Part shown: positions 37,901 to 47,731 of the stretch, one piece after another
Position numbering within the stretch: position 1 is the first letter of the stretch
Layout: the number at the start of each line of letters is the position of its first letter
Origin: a virus
Lineage: Duplodnaviria > Caudoviricetes
Strand: one strand, 5' to 3'
Virus record (IMG/VR): IMGVR_UViG_3300021520_000004
Span: 1-55,058 of that record
Length of the DNA: 55,058 nucleotides
Made by a program: the position numbers and the translations under genes
The notes under the pieces: model-generated
The model's input: the letters and a program-made list of their open reading frames with translations, nothing else
Databases searched by the model: none
What the model was told of the DNA's origin: nothing

Positions 37901-38446
37901 GCAGGGGAGGTCATCCGAGAGGGAGACGGTTCCACCGGCCGGGGCCTGCCAGACCCGGCGATTGCTCACGAGCGGGGCCGTCCATCCAGTCGGGTGCGTC
38001 CAGTTGGTGGGCTTGTTCGCGTTGTCGAGTATCCCGAAGCCGGGGTTCTTGACCGGGCGGCCCACGCGGCCAGCAAGCACCGCCGCCAGCATGCGGCTGG
38101 GGAGGCAGTTGAGGTACGTAGCCGGGCCCGGAGAGTAGTTCGTGAAGTAGTTCTCAAGCTCGGACTGCTCGGCGCTCGTGGCCGCGATGGTGAGCCCGGT
38201 TTCAAAATCACCGTCGATGGTGTCGATGACGTAGCGCCCGTCGCCGAAGAGGAACTGCCAGCCGGTGTCCAGCATCCACAGGCGGTCCTCACTGGTGCCG
38301 TCGGCCTTCTGAACGGTGGCGCCGATCTGGGCTGAGTCCACGACGCCCGACCCCTGGAGCCGAGCGCGCCAAGAGACGGTTGCGGGCAGGATACCGACCA
38401 AGGTTCCGACCGGGTCCAGGATGCGAATGTAGCCAGACTCGGCCAC
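34988..38446 (-). CDS. Tail-tip / central fibre protein (Tal-like) with CBM-like insertions
   Basis: 1152 aa after Dit; VKNPGF CBM-like segment, GGELSFD..FRRGWNV..YGVQRG..PGDTI hub motifs; His-containing helical repeats. Confidence 0.85.
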   Translation of the reverse strand: MAESGYIRILDPVGTLVGILPATVSWRARLQGSGVVDSAQIGATVQKADGTSEDRLWMLDTGWQFLFGDGRYVIDTIDGDFETGLTIAATSAEQSELENYFTNYSPGPATYLNCLPSRMLAAVLAGRVGRPVKNPGFGILDNANKPTNWTHPTGWTAPLVSNRRVWQAPAGGTVSLSDDLPCMAGKQYQVGITACALSAGTGSATLSIQFQAIDGTWAEAESVVIPADGGPHTVLTDAATATGRRMRLGLANASDVAVWFDDARAWEIGPDSGWTYIGSMDTRPALIPFNAGTIERYGVWTLGASDISGAYPGDWIGQIFNGPFVTIGFAAGGASASAKVRINGKQYTVSGTTLVPGTAPIDVSTAVSLTCPGLDPSNSHTVEVEIVAGTVKVTGFTVTTDNLISMQWDYKSLFEAVASVVKAVGGELSFDAVAKTITHVAALGRDLRAANVVTFRRGWNVTKLARKRDRQKIANDLTMLCYGDGQYQLVVNARATGLRDGKTSEQSYGVQRGTATDKEIKDLATAQAKVANMVEQTCWDTDTYTIGITDTEAALIVPGDTIHFLYKTLNLSRRVLEIQRSTGSLEANLVVGDPSASLELTLLENRRNLATLQKSYQGVPTDSNTSFSEAFERTAGGTDYPAEVNFFVPYGADMLDLRLRYQVGGMRSYAKGAASGGGENVTSLDGGADVLTADASSETTTTAQAINIHYELDISDTIVVAVGEVGVHDKVDTTDLLTYHAPATRESCRVFLGNLATKFNNHIGSTDYHLAADTDNTMAAPDDTTLLTLCGSANAAKDNIIAHVNRTASHYAFVDDAPTAADANDEPSLVTLCADLDASYTPHIGRASVGIFTACNLIKDKINTHIHSDVYHSTADTQTISSPDADSVASGITLIVEAIEKFNIHIPKISIHRISDTSNTVVATVTDADSLLHGISVLKAAANNHFLGIAGGAAGGVRIGTSRQVQVANTARSVECAALAGGSDIVFTGLIQNEGSAEATFPWTLYGTYPGEAEGAIGSGSETIAAGGSASVEVPVDEGYSVRFEVEQTGTAWDTDALIDAQTGTPAVTGPAEGGGGTGGGDTASVTLAVEITADGEFETEEWTHGFDTDAEIVQFAWSAWDYDETAIRIKDIRVVRTSATTCKLVGTADVI

Positions 38447-38448
38447 GG

Positions 38449-39192
38449 TTACGTGTACCTCCGGCGGTAGTCGGCCCGCAGCACGAAGTTGGCCGAGGAT
38501 TTGGTGATGACGTTGGACCCCACGATGAGGGCCGGGAAGTCAGCATCGGTCGCCGTGTTCGCCCAGTCAAGGACGCCGTTCAGCTTGGGCGTCGGGGCCT
38601 GGGGGTCAGCGTCCACGGTGAGGACATCGCTGCTTGTCAGTGCCCCTTCATATTCGAAGGTTTCTCCGTTCACGGTGAAGGACAGGCCGGACGCAAGCGT
38701 TGCGCCGACCGTGCAGGTCCACAGGGGATAGCAGGGCACGTCTCCCCCGACGGCCATGGGGTTCGTCACCGGGTTGGCCGTGACCGGCGTCACGTCCTCC
38801 CAGTAGGGGTAGCGGTCGAAGACGAGATCGAACTGCGCCACGCGCATGTAGTACGGCAGTTGCTCGATGTCGATGTTCCAGCCCCGGCCTCGCGCCATGA
38901 TCTGCTGGGCGGTGCGGTCCACCACCGTGAGTACCTTGTAGCCAAGGTCAGGGTGCACCCAAGCCTTGAGCGATGCCAGCTTGCTCAGAAGGTCGGCATG
39001 GTCAGTCCCGGCCACTACCACGTTGAAGCTCAGAGGGCGGGCCACCAGGCGCCCGACGCTCTCCACGGGGATGTCCTGACCCGGCAGGTACAGTTGCTGA
39101 ATCTCGCGGCCGGGAAGGTCGAGCGGGCCGCGGACGCCGGGGGTGACGAGGTACGTGGAAAGCTCATGTTGGTCAAAGACGACGTTTGACAT
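38449..39192 (-). CDS. Distal tail protein (Dit)
   Basis: Follows the tape measure; PYW, GGDVPCYP, FPALIVGSN, YRRRY. Confidence 0.8.
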   Translation of the reverse strand: MSNVVFDQHELSTYLVTPGVRGPLDLPGREIQQLYLPGQDIPVESVGRLVARPLSFNVVVAGTDHADLLSKLASLKAWVHPDLGYKVLTVVDRTAQQIMARGRGWNIDIEQLPYYMRVAQFDLVFDRYPYWEDVTPVTANPVTNPMAVGGDVPCYPLWTCTVGATLASGLSFTVNGETFEYEGALTSSDVLTVDADPQAPTPKLNGVLDWANTATDADFPALIVGSNVITKSSANFVLRADYRRRYT

Positions 39193-42100
39193 CAGTTCCA
39201 GTCCCCCGATACGACGTGGATGTTCCGGTTGATCTGGTCCGACACGAGCGTGGAGAGCTTGCGAATGTCCACACTGCCGAAGTCATCCACCAGGTGGAGG
39301 AAGATGTGCTGCTCGGCTTTCGCGCCCCCCATGATGTCGTGGAGGCTCGATACCGTGCTTCCCACCACGTCCTGGCCCTTGAAGGGGCTCATGATGGTCG
39401 GGACGAATCCCTCCAGCCACTTGTCCAGGTTGGCGAGGGGACCGGCCTTGGCGGGCGAGTGAAGTTCCAGGTAGCGGGCAAGCGCATCGGCAGCCGCGAT
39501 ACCGGCTTGCTCGATGAGGGGGATGGCGGCCACAACCCCGGCCGCCAGACTGGCGCCCAAGGTGTAGCCGGCGTTGTAATACTTGCCCTGCTCGCCCAGC
39601 AGTCGGCTCTCCTCATCGATGACTGCCTGCATCTGGTCGCTGTAGGACTTGATGAGCGCGTCCAGCGCGGCTTGGTAGGCGATCTGAGCGTCCTCACGGA
39701 GCTTCTGGAAGTGCGCGTCGGCTTCGTCCTTCTCCGCCTGATGGGCGGCCCGCACGTCATCCAGGGCGGCAAGTTCGGCTGCCTGCTGGGCGGCGAGTGA
39801 GGCGTTGGAGGCGTCGATCTGATCCTGGAGGGCCACCTTCTCGGCTTCCTGCTGAGCCGTCAGTTGTTCGAGCGCCGCGGCCTTCTGCTCCTCAAGTTGA
39901 CGCCGGGCGTCCTCACGCGCCCACGCGGAGTCCTCCTGGGCCATCGCATCTCTTTGGTCTTGGATGGCGCCCTCAAGTTCACGCATCCGTGCGATGTCGC
40001 CCTCGGTGTAGTAGCCCTGCCCCTGAAGAATGCGAAGCTCGTCCTGGCTTTTGCCGAGTTCACGGAGCGCCTTGTTGCGTTGCTGCGCTCGCGTAATCGC
40101 CCGGTCATTTGAGTCCATGAGCGAGAGTTGGTCGTCGTAGAACTTGGTGAGCGCCTTGACTTCATCGTTCAGAGAATCGCTGAGGTCCGACACGCGCTTG
40201 TCGTTGGCCGCTTTGAGCGCGGCATAGTGCGCGTTGATGGCCGCTTCTTGTTTCTTGAGTTCGACCTCCATGGCAACGCCACGCTCGGTCCAGGCCGCGT
40301 TCCAGTCCGCTTGGGCGCTGTCGATGGCCTTGTTCGTCTCGGCGAGCGCGTTCTGCAGCGCCGTCTTCGAGGCGTTGAACATGGCCGTGAGCGACGAGAG
40401 CGCGGCTGCCGCATAACCCTGGATAGCCTCGGGGGTGGCGGCGTTCCGCATCTGGCCCATCTGGGCCTCGAACTGCTGGCCCAGTTGCTGCATCAGGACC
40501 GGCAGTAGCGCCAGCTGCTGCGCGGCTGAACCGGATGCGTCGGCCAGGATCTGGATCTGCATGGCGGTCTGCGCGGCGGCTGCGCCCCAGAAGCGGGTCG
40601 CTTCGGCCGCGGCGTCCATGACCGGGTTGAGACTGGCGATCTGGGTGTCGAGGGCGAGGATGTCCACCCTGAGAGAGGACAGTTGCTCGTCGGTCGCTCC
40701 CCCGGCCTTCTTCAGGTCGTACAGCGCCTGATTCGCGGCCTTCTGGGCCTCGAGCGCGGCGAGTTGCTTGTTCAGCGCAGCCTGTTGCTCTGCTGCAGAT
40801 GCGCCACGGGCCTTGAGGTTCTCAAGCTCTGCGGCGTAGACGTTCGCGGCCGCCGAGGCCCGCGCGTATGCAGCCGAGGCCGCGGCGAACCCGGCCTCTT
40901 GCTCGGGGGTGAAGGTGACCGGAGTGGCCCCGCCCGTGAAGTCGTTGAAGCCCCCACCGGCATATCCACGTATCCCGCCCCGAGCGTACACGCCCAGGAT
41001 GCGGCCGGTCTGCGCCCAGATGTTGACTGAACGACTGCGCCGGTCGGGCGCCAGGGGGATGAAGGCCTCACCATGCGTTTCCGGTTCGGCCCACTGCACG
41101 AGGCCGCGGGGGCTGACGGCCGGCTGGATGACCGCCTGGGTGGGCAGCATGATGCCACCCTGCGCCAACGGGACGTTCGGACTCCAGTCTGGACTGTTGA
41201 ATATACGGTTATCGGTGTTGACGATGGGTATCTCCTGGGCGCCGAAGGCCTTGAGGATGGTGTTCAAGGCTCTAGCCAGGGACACCCCGACCCCGTCGAT
41301 GGCCGCGTCGATGGCGGCGGTACCGGCGTTGAACTGGGTCACAAGCGCGTCGGCGATGTGCTGGCCGGCGGTACCCGCGAGGGCGCTCATCTCGGCATCG
41401 TATGTGGCGAGGGCGGTCGCCGTCTCTTCACTGCGCTTCGTCGCCATGTCGCGGAGTATCCCGAAGGCGCGGTCCTGGTCTTCCTGCGACCCCGCTATCA
41501 GTTCCTCGGCCATCGTCTGCTTCTGCTCGGCGGTGAGGCCGGATGCGAGGATGGCAGCCTGGATGTCGGGGGGCAGGTGCGTCATGTTGACAACGTACTT
41601 GCCGGCTGCGGTCGCGGCGTCGGCCCAGGTCTGGGTCATCTCCCCGATGGTGAACGCCGCTTCTTCGGCGGTGACCTTGATCGCCTCGATGGCGTCCTTC
41701 TGCGCGGTCGCACGTTCCTGGATTGCCGCCTTCTCGGCGTCAGCCTGGGCGGTGATCGCGTTCTCCTCGTCCTGGATAGTCTTGATGTGGGCGGCGGCAA
41801 TAGCCCCGCCCAGGTCGAAAGTAGCGATCGCGCCGAAGGTAGCCTTCTTCTGCCACTCCGATTCCTGGGCCTTGAGGTCGGCAAGACGCGCATCCTTGAC
41901 CTTCTCTATGGCGGCGATCTCCGCGTCGGCCTGTTTGTCGACGGCCTTCTTCTGCGCGTCTGCGGCCTTCTGGTTGGCCGCGTTGGTGGCTGCGGCCTCG
42001 TCGTTCAACTGATCCTGCTTGGCCTTGAGGGCCTTGTTGTAGGCCCCACCCATGTCGTACTGAGCCTCGAGTTCCTTGACCCAGGCCTTGGTGCCCTCAT

Positions 42101-44552
42101 CGATAGCGTTCTTGAGGTCTTCTTGAGCCTTGGCCGCCGCGTCGGTGGCTGCGGTACTCTGGTTCTGCCGGCGCGTGATCTCCGCGATGGCATAAGCGAA
42201 GGCGTCTGCCGCCGACCGGCCTTGCCCGAAGGTGGTCGCGTTCTTGGCATCCCCGCCGGCCAGGGCATCACGGTAGACCTCGGCGAACTCGTGCAGTTTC
42301 ACGGAACTCGACCCGAGGGACTGCAGCATGAAGTCGGCCATGTCCTTGAACTTGCCCTTCGCCAAAGTCGTGTCACCGAGCATCTCGGCGAAGGCGCGCG
42401 CTCCAATCTGGAAGTCAGGAGAACTGGCGAGTGCCTCGATAGCTGGGATGTACCCTGCCGTGAACCCCTCGGCGGCGATGATGCCAAGACTTCTGCTCTC
42501 AGCGTCCGCTAGCACCTTCGCCTGGAGGTACTGCTCACGCGCCACCGCATTGCGCGGTTCCTTCTGTCGCGCCTCGAACGCCGCGTCGAACTCGGTCTTG
42601 ATCTTGGCTGCCGTTACCTTGGCCGCTTCCACCACCGCTTCGGTGTCTATGGCGGCACTGCCGATCTTCACCGGCAGGGTGACATTGGCGGCGTCGAACA
42701 GTGCCTGGACAGTCGCCGCGATCTCTTCGGGGGCCATGCCGTGGAGTTGCATCTGGTACGCGATCTCGATGGCTTTGGCGCCGGCCGCGGCGACATCATC
42801 CTTCAGTTTCTTGATCTGCTGGATGAGAGCATCGTTCTTGGTGAGGAACTCAGACGATGCCTGGGTAACCCCGTTGTACTGAGCGATGGCGATCGCGCCC
42901 CAGTTGCCGCCCATGCTCTCCGCGAGCGTCTGGGTGGACTTGACTAGGGCGTTGGTCTGAGCCGTAAGGTCTTCCTGGTGTTTCTTGCCCTGCTGGTAGG
43001 CATAGCCGATCATCGCGATGGCGGCGATCGCAAGGGTGACCGGGTTGATGAGTGCGTAGAAGGACGCACCGAGAACCTTAATACCCGCTCCGAGGCCTGC
43101 CGCATTGGTGCCTGCCCCAGCCATCGCGGCCCCCATAGCCGCCGCACGGCCACCCATAGCCCCCATAGCCGGGTACGTCAAAGCTATGGCTCGGGTGACG
43201 CCACCCGTGGTGATCGCCACACTGTTCATGCTCGCCGTCGTCAGGCTCATCGCGGCCCCGAGCGCCCCGGTAGTCTCGGTCGCCACCAGAGCGGCCCCGG
43301 TGTACGCCGCCCACGCCTGGGTGATGGTCTTGACGACGGTGAGGCCGACGATGCCGTTCTTGAGCGCCACGAGTCCTGACGCGACCTTGGAGATGATCAA
43401 GACCCCCAGACCAAGCTTGGCGAAGAACGGCAGGATGCCCCCAGTCATGGCGAGGCTGAAGCCCTTGCCCACAGCCTCTGCCACGTCGCCCAGAGCGTCC
43501 AGGGACGACTGGATGGTGCGGAGGGCATCGTAGACCCCGGGCGCCTCGTTCTTGAGGGCGTTCATGAAGCCGATGCTCTTGGCCTCGGCGTTGAAGGCCG
43601 ACAGCCAATCGCGGATCCCCTTGAGCTTGTCCTTGAGCGTGTCGAAGATCCCGGCCTCGGCGATGCCGGCCATCTGTTTCAACTGGTCAGCGGTGGTGGT
43701 GGTGAGGCCCGACCATGTGTCGGACATCTTCTCCATCATGCCGCCGAAGCGCGCCTCGATACCCGCGATGAGGGCGGGGATGCCCACGTCGGCCGCGATG
43801 CCACTAGTCTCCGAGATCTTCTGAAGCTCGGCCACGCTCTTGCCCATGGCTTTGGAGAGCACGTCCCAGGCAGGGACACCGGCCATGGCGATCTCACGCA
43901 TCTCACGGGCGGTGATCTTGCCCATGGACACCATCTGCCCGATAGAGAACGACATACGGTTGAAGACCTCACTGGAGCCGCCAACGGCGGCCGTGGCGTC
44001 ACCGATGGCCTTGAGCGTCTTCTCCACGTCCTTGGCCGCGACACCGTAGGCGATGAGCCGCTGTGCGCCGGTCACGAACTCGGGGAACTTGAAGGGGGAC
44101 TTCGCGGCCATCGCGTAGAGGCCACTGAGCATGTCCGAGGCGGCAGAGACGGACCCCAGCATGGAGGTCATGGCGATAGTGGACTGCTCCATCATGGCGT
44201 CGAACTGGATACCGGATACGGTCGCGGCCGTGAATGCCGCGGTCAGCGCACCGATCCCGGCCATACCGGCGTAGATGGTGGTGGACATGGCGAGGTACTT
44301 GAGACGCCACTCGAGCATGCCGAGGGTGGTGTGCATGTCCCGGCCGTGCTTCTCCACCGCGGTCCCGGCCGTCTTCATGCTGTTGGAGATCTGGTTGCCC
44401 GCCTGAGTGGACGAGTTTCCGACGTTGCCCCAGGCCTTCTGCTGGTTCTGACCGTGTGCGGCCATAGTCTGGTCGAACTTCTGCAACGCGGCATAGGCCT
44501 GCTGATCCATGACGCTGATGACGTACTCTAGGCGGCCACCTTGGGTGGGCAA
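39192..44552 (-). CDS. Tape measure protein
   Basis: 1786 aa Ala-rich; AAKSPF..GQM..GK tape-measure domain; AEPETHGEAFIPL; HSP near the C-terminus. Confidence 0.95.
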   Translation of the reverse strand: MPTQGGRLEYVISVMDQQAYAALQKFDQTMAAHGQNQQKAWGNVGNSSTQAGNQISNSMKTAGTAVEKHGRDMHTTLGMLEWRLKYLAMSTTIYAGMAGIGALTAAFTAATVSGIQFDAMMEQSTIAMTSMLGSVSAASDMLSGLYAMAAKSPFKFPEFVTGAQRLIAYGVAAKDVEKTLKAIGDATAAVGGSSEVFNRMSFSIGQMVSMGKITAREMREIAMAGVPAWDVLSKAMGKSVAELQKISETSGIAADVGIPALIAGIEARFGGMMEKMSDTWSGLTTTTADQLKQMAGIAEAGIFDTLKDKLKGIRDWLSAFNAEAKSIGFMNALKNEAPGVYDALRTIQSSLDALGDVAEAVGKGFSLAMTGGILPFFAKLGLGVLIISKVASGLVALKNGIVGLTVVKTITQAWAAYTGAALVATETTGALGAAMSLTTASMNSVAITTGGVTRAIALTYPAMGAMGGRAAAMGAAMAGAGTNAAGLGAGIKVLGASFYALINPVTLAIAAIAMIGYAYQQGKKHQEDLTAQTNALVKSTQTLAESMGGNWGAIAIAQYNGVTQASSEFLTKNDALIQQIKKLKDDVAAAGAKAIEIAYQMQLHGMAPEEIAATVQALFDAANVTLPVKIGSAAIDTEAVVEAAKVTAAKIKTEFDAAFEARQKEPRNAVAREQYLQAKVLADAESRSLGIIAAEGFTAGYIPAIEALASSPDFQIGARAFAEMLGDTTLAKGKFKDMADFMLQSLGSSSVKLHEFAEVYRDALAGGDAKNATTFGQGRSAADAFAYAIAEITRRQNQSTAATDAAAKAQEDLKNAIDEGTKAWVKELEAQYDMGGAYNKALKAKQDQLNDEAAATNAANQKAADAQKKAVDKQADAEIAAIEKVKDARLADLKAQESEWQKKATFGAIATFDLGGAIAAAHIKTIQDEENAITAQADAEKAAIQERATAQKDAIEAIKVTAEEAAFTIGEMTQTWADAATAAGKYVVNMTHLPPDIQAAILASGLTAEQKQTMAEELIAGSQEDQDRAFGILRDMATKRSEETATALATYDAEMSALAGTAGQHIADALVTQFNAGTAAIDAAIDGVGVSLARALNTILKAFGAQEIPIVNTDNRIFNSPDWSPNVPLAQGGIMLPTQAVIQPAVSPRGLVQWAEPETHGEAFIPLAPDRRSRSVNIWAQTGRILGVYARGGIRGYAGGGFNDFTGGATPVTFTPEQEAGFAAASAAYARASAAANVYAAELENLKARGASAAEQQAALNKQLAALEAQKAANQALYDLKKAGGATDEQLSSLRVDILALDTQIASLNPVMDAAAEATRFWGAAAAQTAMQIQILADASGSAAQQLALLPVLMQQLGQQFEAQMGQMRNAATPEAIQGYAAAALSSLTAMFNASKTALQNALAETNKAIDSAQADWNAAWTERGVAMEVELKKQEAAINAHYAALKAANDKRVSDLSDSLNDEVKALTKFYDDQLSLMDSNDRAITRAQQRNKALRELGKSQDELRILQGQGYYTEGDIARMRELEGAIQDQRDAMAQEDSAWAREDARRQLEEQKAAALEQLTAQQEAEKVALQDQIDASNASLAAQQAAELAALDDVRAAHQAEKDEADAHFQKLREDAQIAYQAALDALIKSYSDQMQAVIDEESRLLGEQGKYYNAGYTLGASLAAGVVAAIPLIEQAGIAAADALARYLELHSPAKAGPLANLDKWLEGFVPTIMSPFKGQDVVGSTVSSLHDIMGGAKAEQHIFLHLVDDFGSVDIRKLSTLVSDQINRNIHVVSGDWN

Positions 44553-44556
44553 GGGT

Positions 44557-44958
44557 TCACCTCCTGAACGGGTCGCTATGAAGCTGTTCCTCGGCCATGC
44601 GGAGGATCGCTACCTCTTCCGGTGTGAGGTCTTCTGAGTCCTCTGCTGGTTCTGGCCGGTCTTGCAGGATGCCCACGACCTTGAGGATCTCGATGGCAGA
44701 CCGGGTGATGCGTTGCGCGATCATGTCGGCCAGCATCTCGGCCTCTTCGATCTGGAGCCGCGGCAGATGTCTGCTCATCGTCTGTATGTCGCCGGCCGAC
44801 TCAGAACGCAGGACGCGCCCGAGGGGCATGGCGTAGCCGCGCGCGATGCGGCACAGGCTGCGCTCGATCTCCTCCTCGGTAGGAGGGTCGCGTTCTTCTA
44901 CCGGGCCGCTCTGCGCGCTTCCCGGTTCGCCTTCGCCTTCGCCGGTCCCTCGCGGAAA
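44557..44958 (-). CDS. Tail assembly chaperone, frameshifted C-terminal extension (gpGT-like)
   Basis: -1 frame open from the T TTT TTC slippery site through 44557. Confidence 0.8.
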   Translation of the reverse strand, partial: FPRGTGEGEGEPGSAQSGPVEERDPPTEEEIERSLCRIARGYAMPLGRVLRSESAGDIQTMSRHLPRLQIEEAEMLADMIAQRITRSAIEILKVVGILQDRPEPAEDSEDLTPEEVAILRMAEEQLHSDPFRR

Positions 44959-45380
44959 AAAGCTTCCGCTTCTTCTCCTACCTGCCGAAGGGTGACCCCG
45001 TAGAAGTTCTCGATGAGGTCATCTGCATCAAGTTCAGGTTCGCACACCATCGCGGACACGATTGGCGCCCACTGCTCGGCAGTGGCAAGAGGGTCGATGT
45101 CCTCTATCTCACGCTCGGCGGCCTCGTCTGGCGTGACGACTTTGCCCTCTTCAACAGCTTTCCAGCGCAACTGGTTCGTCGCGATGAGTTTCTGTAGGTA
45201 GTCGGTGTTCTTCAGCCGCGCACGTTCGGCCGCATGTTCCCGGGCCACCGTGAGCGGACGTATCGTCCAAGTCCGTGGAGTTCCATCGGGGTTGTTGTAC
45301 CCCTCGTTCATGTCGGGGATGTCGGTGAAGATCAGGGTTGCCTCTTCGATACTGTTCTTCAAGCTACGCTTGACGATCAT
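44898..45380 (-). CDS. Tail assembly chaperone (gpG-like)
   Basis: Between tail tube and tape measure; ends NREARRA; GGGAGG RBS. Confidence 0.85.
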   Translation of the reverse strand: MIVKRSLKNSIEEATLIFTDIPDMNEGYNNPDGTPRTWTIRPLTVAREHAAERARLKNTDYLQKLIATNQLRWKAVEEGKVVTPDEAAEREIEDIDPLATAEQWAPIVSAMVCEPELDADDLIENFYGVTLRQVGEEAEAFFREGPAKAKANREARRAAR

Positions 45381-45486
45381 GACAGATACCTCCCGTGTTC
45401 TGTGAATCCCCCCGGCCCCCGTGATGACACGGGAGAGGCACCACGAAGGCCGAGGGAAAGGTTGGGACTACAGGGTCGACGCCCTC

Positions 45487-46491
45487 TTAGCTCCCGATGG
45501 CGTAGTTCGCGAGCGCGTTCTTGACGGTCAGGGTGATCTTCGGATCGGAACCCGTGCAGCGCGCCTCGAGAACGAGGTCTTGAGGCTTGCCGTCGGGGTC
45601 GACATTGAGCTTGGGCAGGGCGTTCCGGTACTGGCTCTCCACCACATCGATAGCGACCGAGCACTCGGGGCTGTCCTCCTGGGTGAACTTGGCAGCGAAG
45701 GAACCCATCGAGATGGCCGCCTCGGGTTCCGCATCGTTGGCGGGTGTCGCCGTACCCCACACCAGGAGGTTGTACTGCGCCGCCTCGATGATGGTGATGG
45801 TGGCCTTGTAGTCCAGGTCGAGCGGCCCTTCCTGGATGTCGTAGAAGAAGTAGTCCTCGCCGGGGATCCCGGTGAGGTTGTTGTTGATGTTCAGTTCGTA
45901 GGCCTTGATGTAGCCGACGGTGGCGTCATCAAGCTCCCACGTCCCTTTCGCCATGTCCCAGGAGAAGATCTCGGCCACGGCTTCCTTGGTCGCCGGGATG
46001 GCCGGCGGCGAGGTCTTGTTCTGCACGGCCCCGGCGCCCATCAACACCATCTCACCCGTGAACAGACGCTTGTCGCTGGACGTGGTCAGCTTCAGGGTGT
46101 TGATCATCAGGTTGGGGATGACCATGTTGATGGTGTCGATCTTCAGCCACCCGGTGATCCAGAGCGGTTTCCCTGCTTGGTCAGGCGTGACCGCGTGGGT
46201 GAACGGGTTGGCGACACCAGAGGACTCGAGGGCGCCCAAGGCACCGTACAGGACGGCCGCGAGGTTCTTGGGTTGGGCCACGAAGTTGATGGTCCCGCCG
46301 GAACCCATCTCCCCGATGACGCTGATACCATCGGCGGCGCGCTCGCCCTCGGCGGTACGCACAGTCTGGATGGCTCGGTCGGGGCCGATGCTGGTCCCAG
46401 AGAGGAGTCGGAGCGCGTAGTGCGGTGTCGGCGCCGGCACGTCCTTCTCTTCCTGGAACGCGAACATGAAATAGGCACTGTTGAACTTCAC
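45487..46491 (-). CDS. Major tail tube protein
   Basis: 334 aa; PFTHAVTP, INNNL, ITLTVKN..ANY; position before the chaperones. Confidence 0.85.
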   Translation of the reverse strand: MKFNSAYFMFAFQEEKDVPAPTPHYALRLLSGTSIGPDRAIQTVRTAEGERAADGISVIGEMGSGGTINFVAQPKNLAAVLYGALGALESSGVANPFTHAVTPDQAGKPLWITGWLKIDTINMVIPNLMINTLKLTTSSDKRLFTGEMVLMGAGAVQNKTSPPAIPATKEAVAEIFSWDMAKGTWELDDATVGYIKAYELNINNNLTGIPGEDYFFYDIQEGPLDLDYKATITIIEAAQYNLLVWGTATPANDAEPEAAISMGSFAAKFTQEDSPECSVAIDVVESQYRNALPKLNVDPDGKPQDLVLEARCTGSDPKITLTVKNALANYAIGS

Positions 46492-46733
46492 TGTCCACCT
46501 CCTTCCAGAGGCATATCGTTGCTTGGCTGCATGGGAACGCGCTCGAGGCGGGCCACAACCCGCCGCGCTTGCGCGCCTCTCAACAGCAGGAACGCGATCT
46601 CCTGCTGGTCGTTTGTGGCATAGGGGAACCGGAACGTCTTGCGTCGGCCACCTACCGTGGAGGTCAGTTCGTTGACCTCCATACCCTCGGGATCCTTGAG
46701 GGTGAAGGTACGCAACTCAGGCACGACTGCCAT
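46488..46733 (-). CDS. Hypothetical virion-module protein
   Basis: GAGGAGG RBS, 81 aa. Confidence 0.65.
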   Translation of the reverse strand: MAVVPELRTFTLKDPEGMEVNELTSTVGGRRKTFRFPYATNDQQEIAFLLLRGAQARRVVARLERVPMQPSNDMPLEGGGQ

Positions 46734-46751
46734 TGCAGGATCACCTCCTCG

Positions 46752-47243
46752 TCACGGGTAACTGAGGGGCACCTGGATCCCGAACCGATAGCCCTCCGCG
46801 CGGCCTATGTCGCCGAAGCGTTCATAGAGCATCTGGGGGTCTACCGGCTCCAGGGGCCTGATCTCATCCCAGTAACCGGCTGCGTAGCCATAGGTGGTCA
46901 ACAGGATATCGGTCAGTGCGCCTTGGTAGGCATACAGGCGATTGTGGAGTGCGGGCAGACCGGCGGGCGTCGGCACGTCGAAGGCGCAGATGTCCACCGG
47001 GTATTCCCAGAGGTATGCTTCAGTCATGGCTTCAAGTACGACCGGGCCACCGGAGAAGATCACCACACAGGGCGTGAGGACGATCTTGTTGGCATCCTCT
47101 TCGTTGATGTAGACGGCTTTGATGTCGGGGAGCGTCTCGTCGCGGTGCGCGGCGCGGACGACGGCCAGTTTGGCCGGCATGTCGGCCATCAGCACCTCTG
47201 CCAAGTACTCGAGTATGTGCCTGTGCGTCTCGCCCTTCATCAC
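46752..47243 (-). CDS. Tail terminator-like protein
   Basis: Size and position before the tail tube. Confidence 0.6.
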   Translation of the reverse strand: MMKGETHRHILEYLAEVLMADMPAKLAVVRAAHRDETLPDIKAVYINEEDANKIVLTPCVVIFSGGPVVLEAMTEAYLWEYPVDICAFDVPTPAGLPALHNRLYAYQGALTDILLTTYGYAAGYWDEIRPLEPVDPQMLYERFGDIGRAEGYRFGIQVPLSYP

Positions 47244-47731
47244 AAGCTCGCTATGGCTGCGGCGAACTGCCTGTCGAGAAAGCCGCGCACATGCAGGAGG
47301 GCATAGTAGCCGTAGCTACGGGACTTGACCCCGGGGTGGTGCGCCTCTCTGCGGACGCGCCACTTGCCGGGAGGACCGGCACCGCCGCGCGATGCGGGCC
47401 ATGCGACGAGCGCGGACGTGTTGCGTCTGATCCACCCGTGGCGCCACTTCTTGGCTCTGATGACATGCGCTCGCGCGCCCGTCTCCAGAACCTTGGCCGG
47501 GAGATGGGTCGTCCCGACGGTCGCCTCGAGTTGGGTGGGGAAGTGGGTGGTGATGGACCGGCCAGAGTTGCCGGTCACATGTCCGTCCACCCCGGGCCAG
47601 TCGTGAGGGATGGCATTCCTCCAGTCGGCCTCGACACGATAGGCCCCGTTCCTGAGTACCGGGATCACCGCGGCGCGCAGTTTGATCCGCACTGCCGCAG
47701 GGCTGGTGATGCGGACATACCTCACGCTCAT
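47240..47731 (-). CDS. HK97 gp10-like neck protein
   Basis: TGNSGRSI, ETGARAHVIRAK, HHPGVK. Confidence 0.7.
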   Translation of the reverse strand: MSVRYVRITSPAAVRIKLRAAVIPVLRNGAYRVEADWRNAIPHDWPGVDGHVTGNSGRSITTHFPTQLEATVGTTHLPAKVLETGARAHVIRAKKWRHGWIRRNTSALVAWPASRGGAGPPGKWRVRREAHHPGVKSRSYGYYALLHVRGFLDRQFAAAIASL

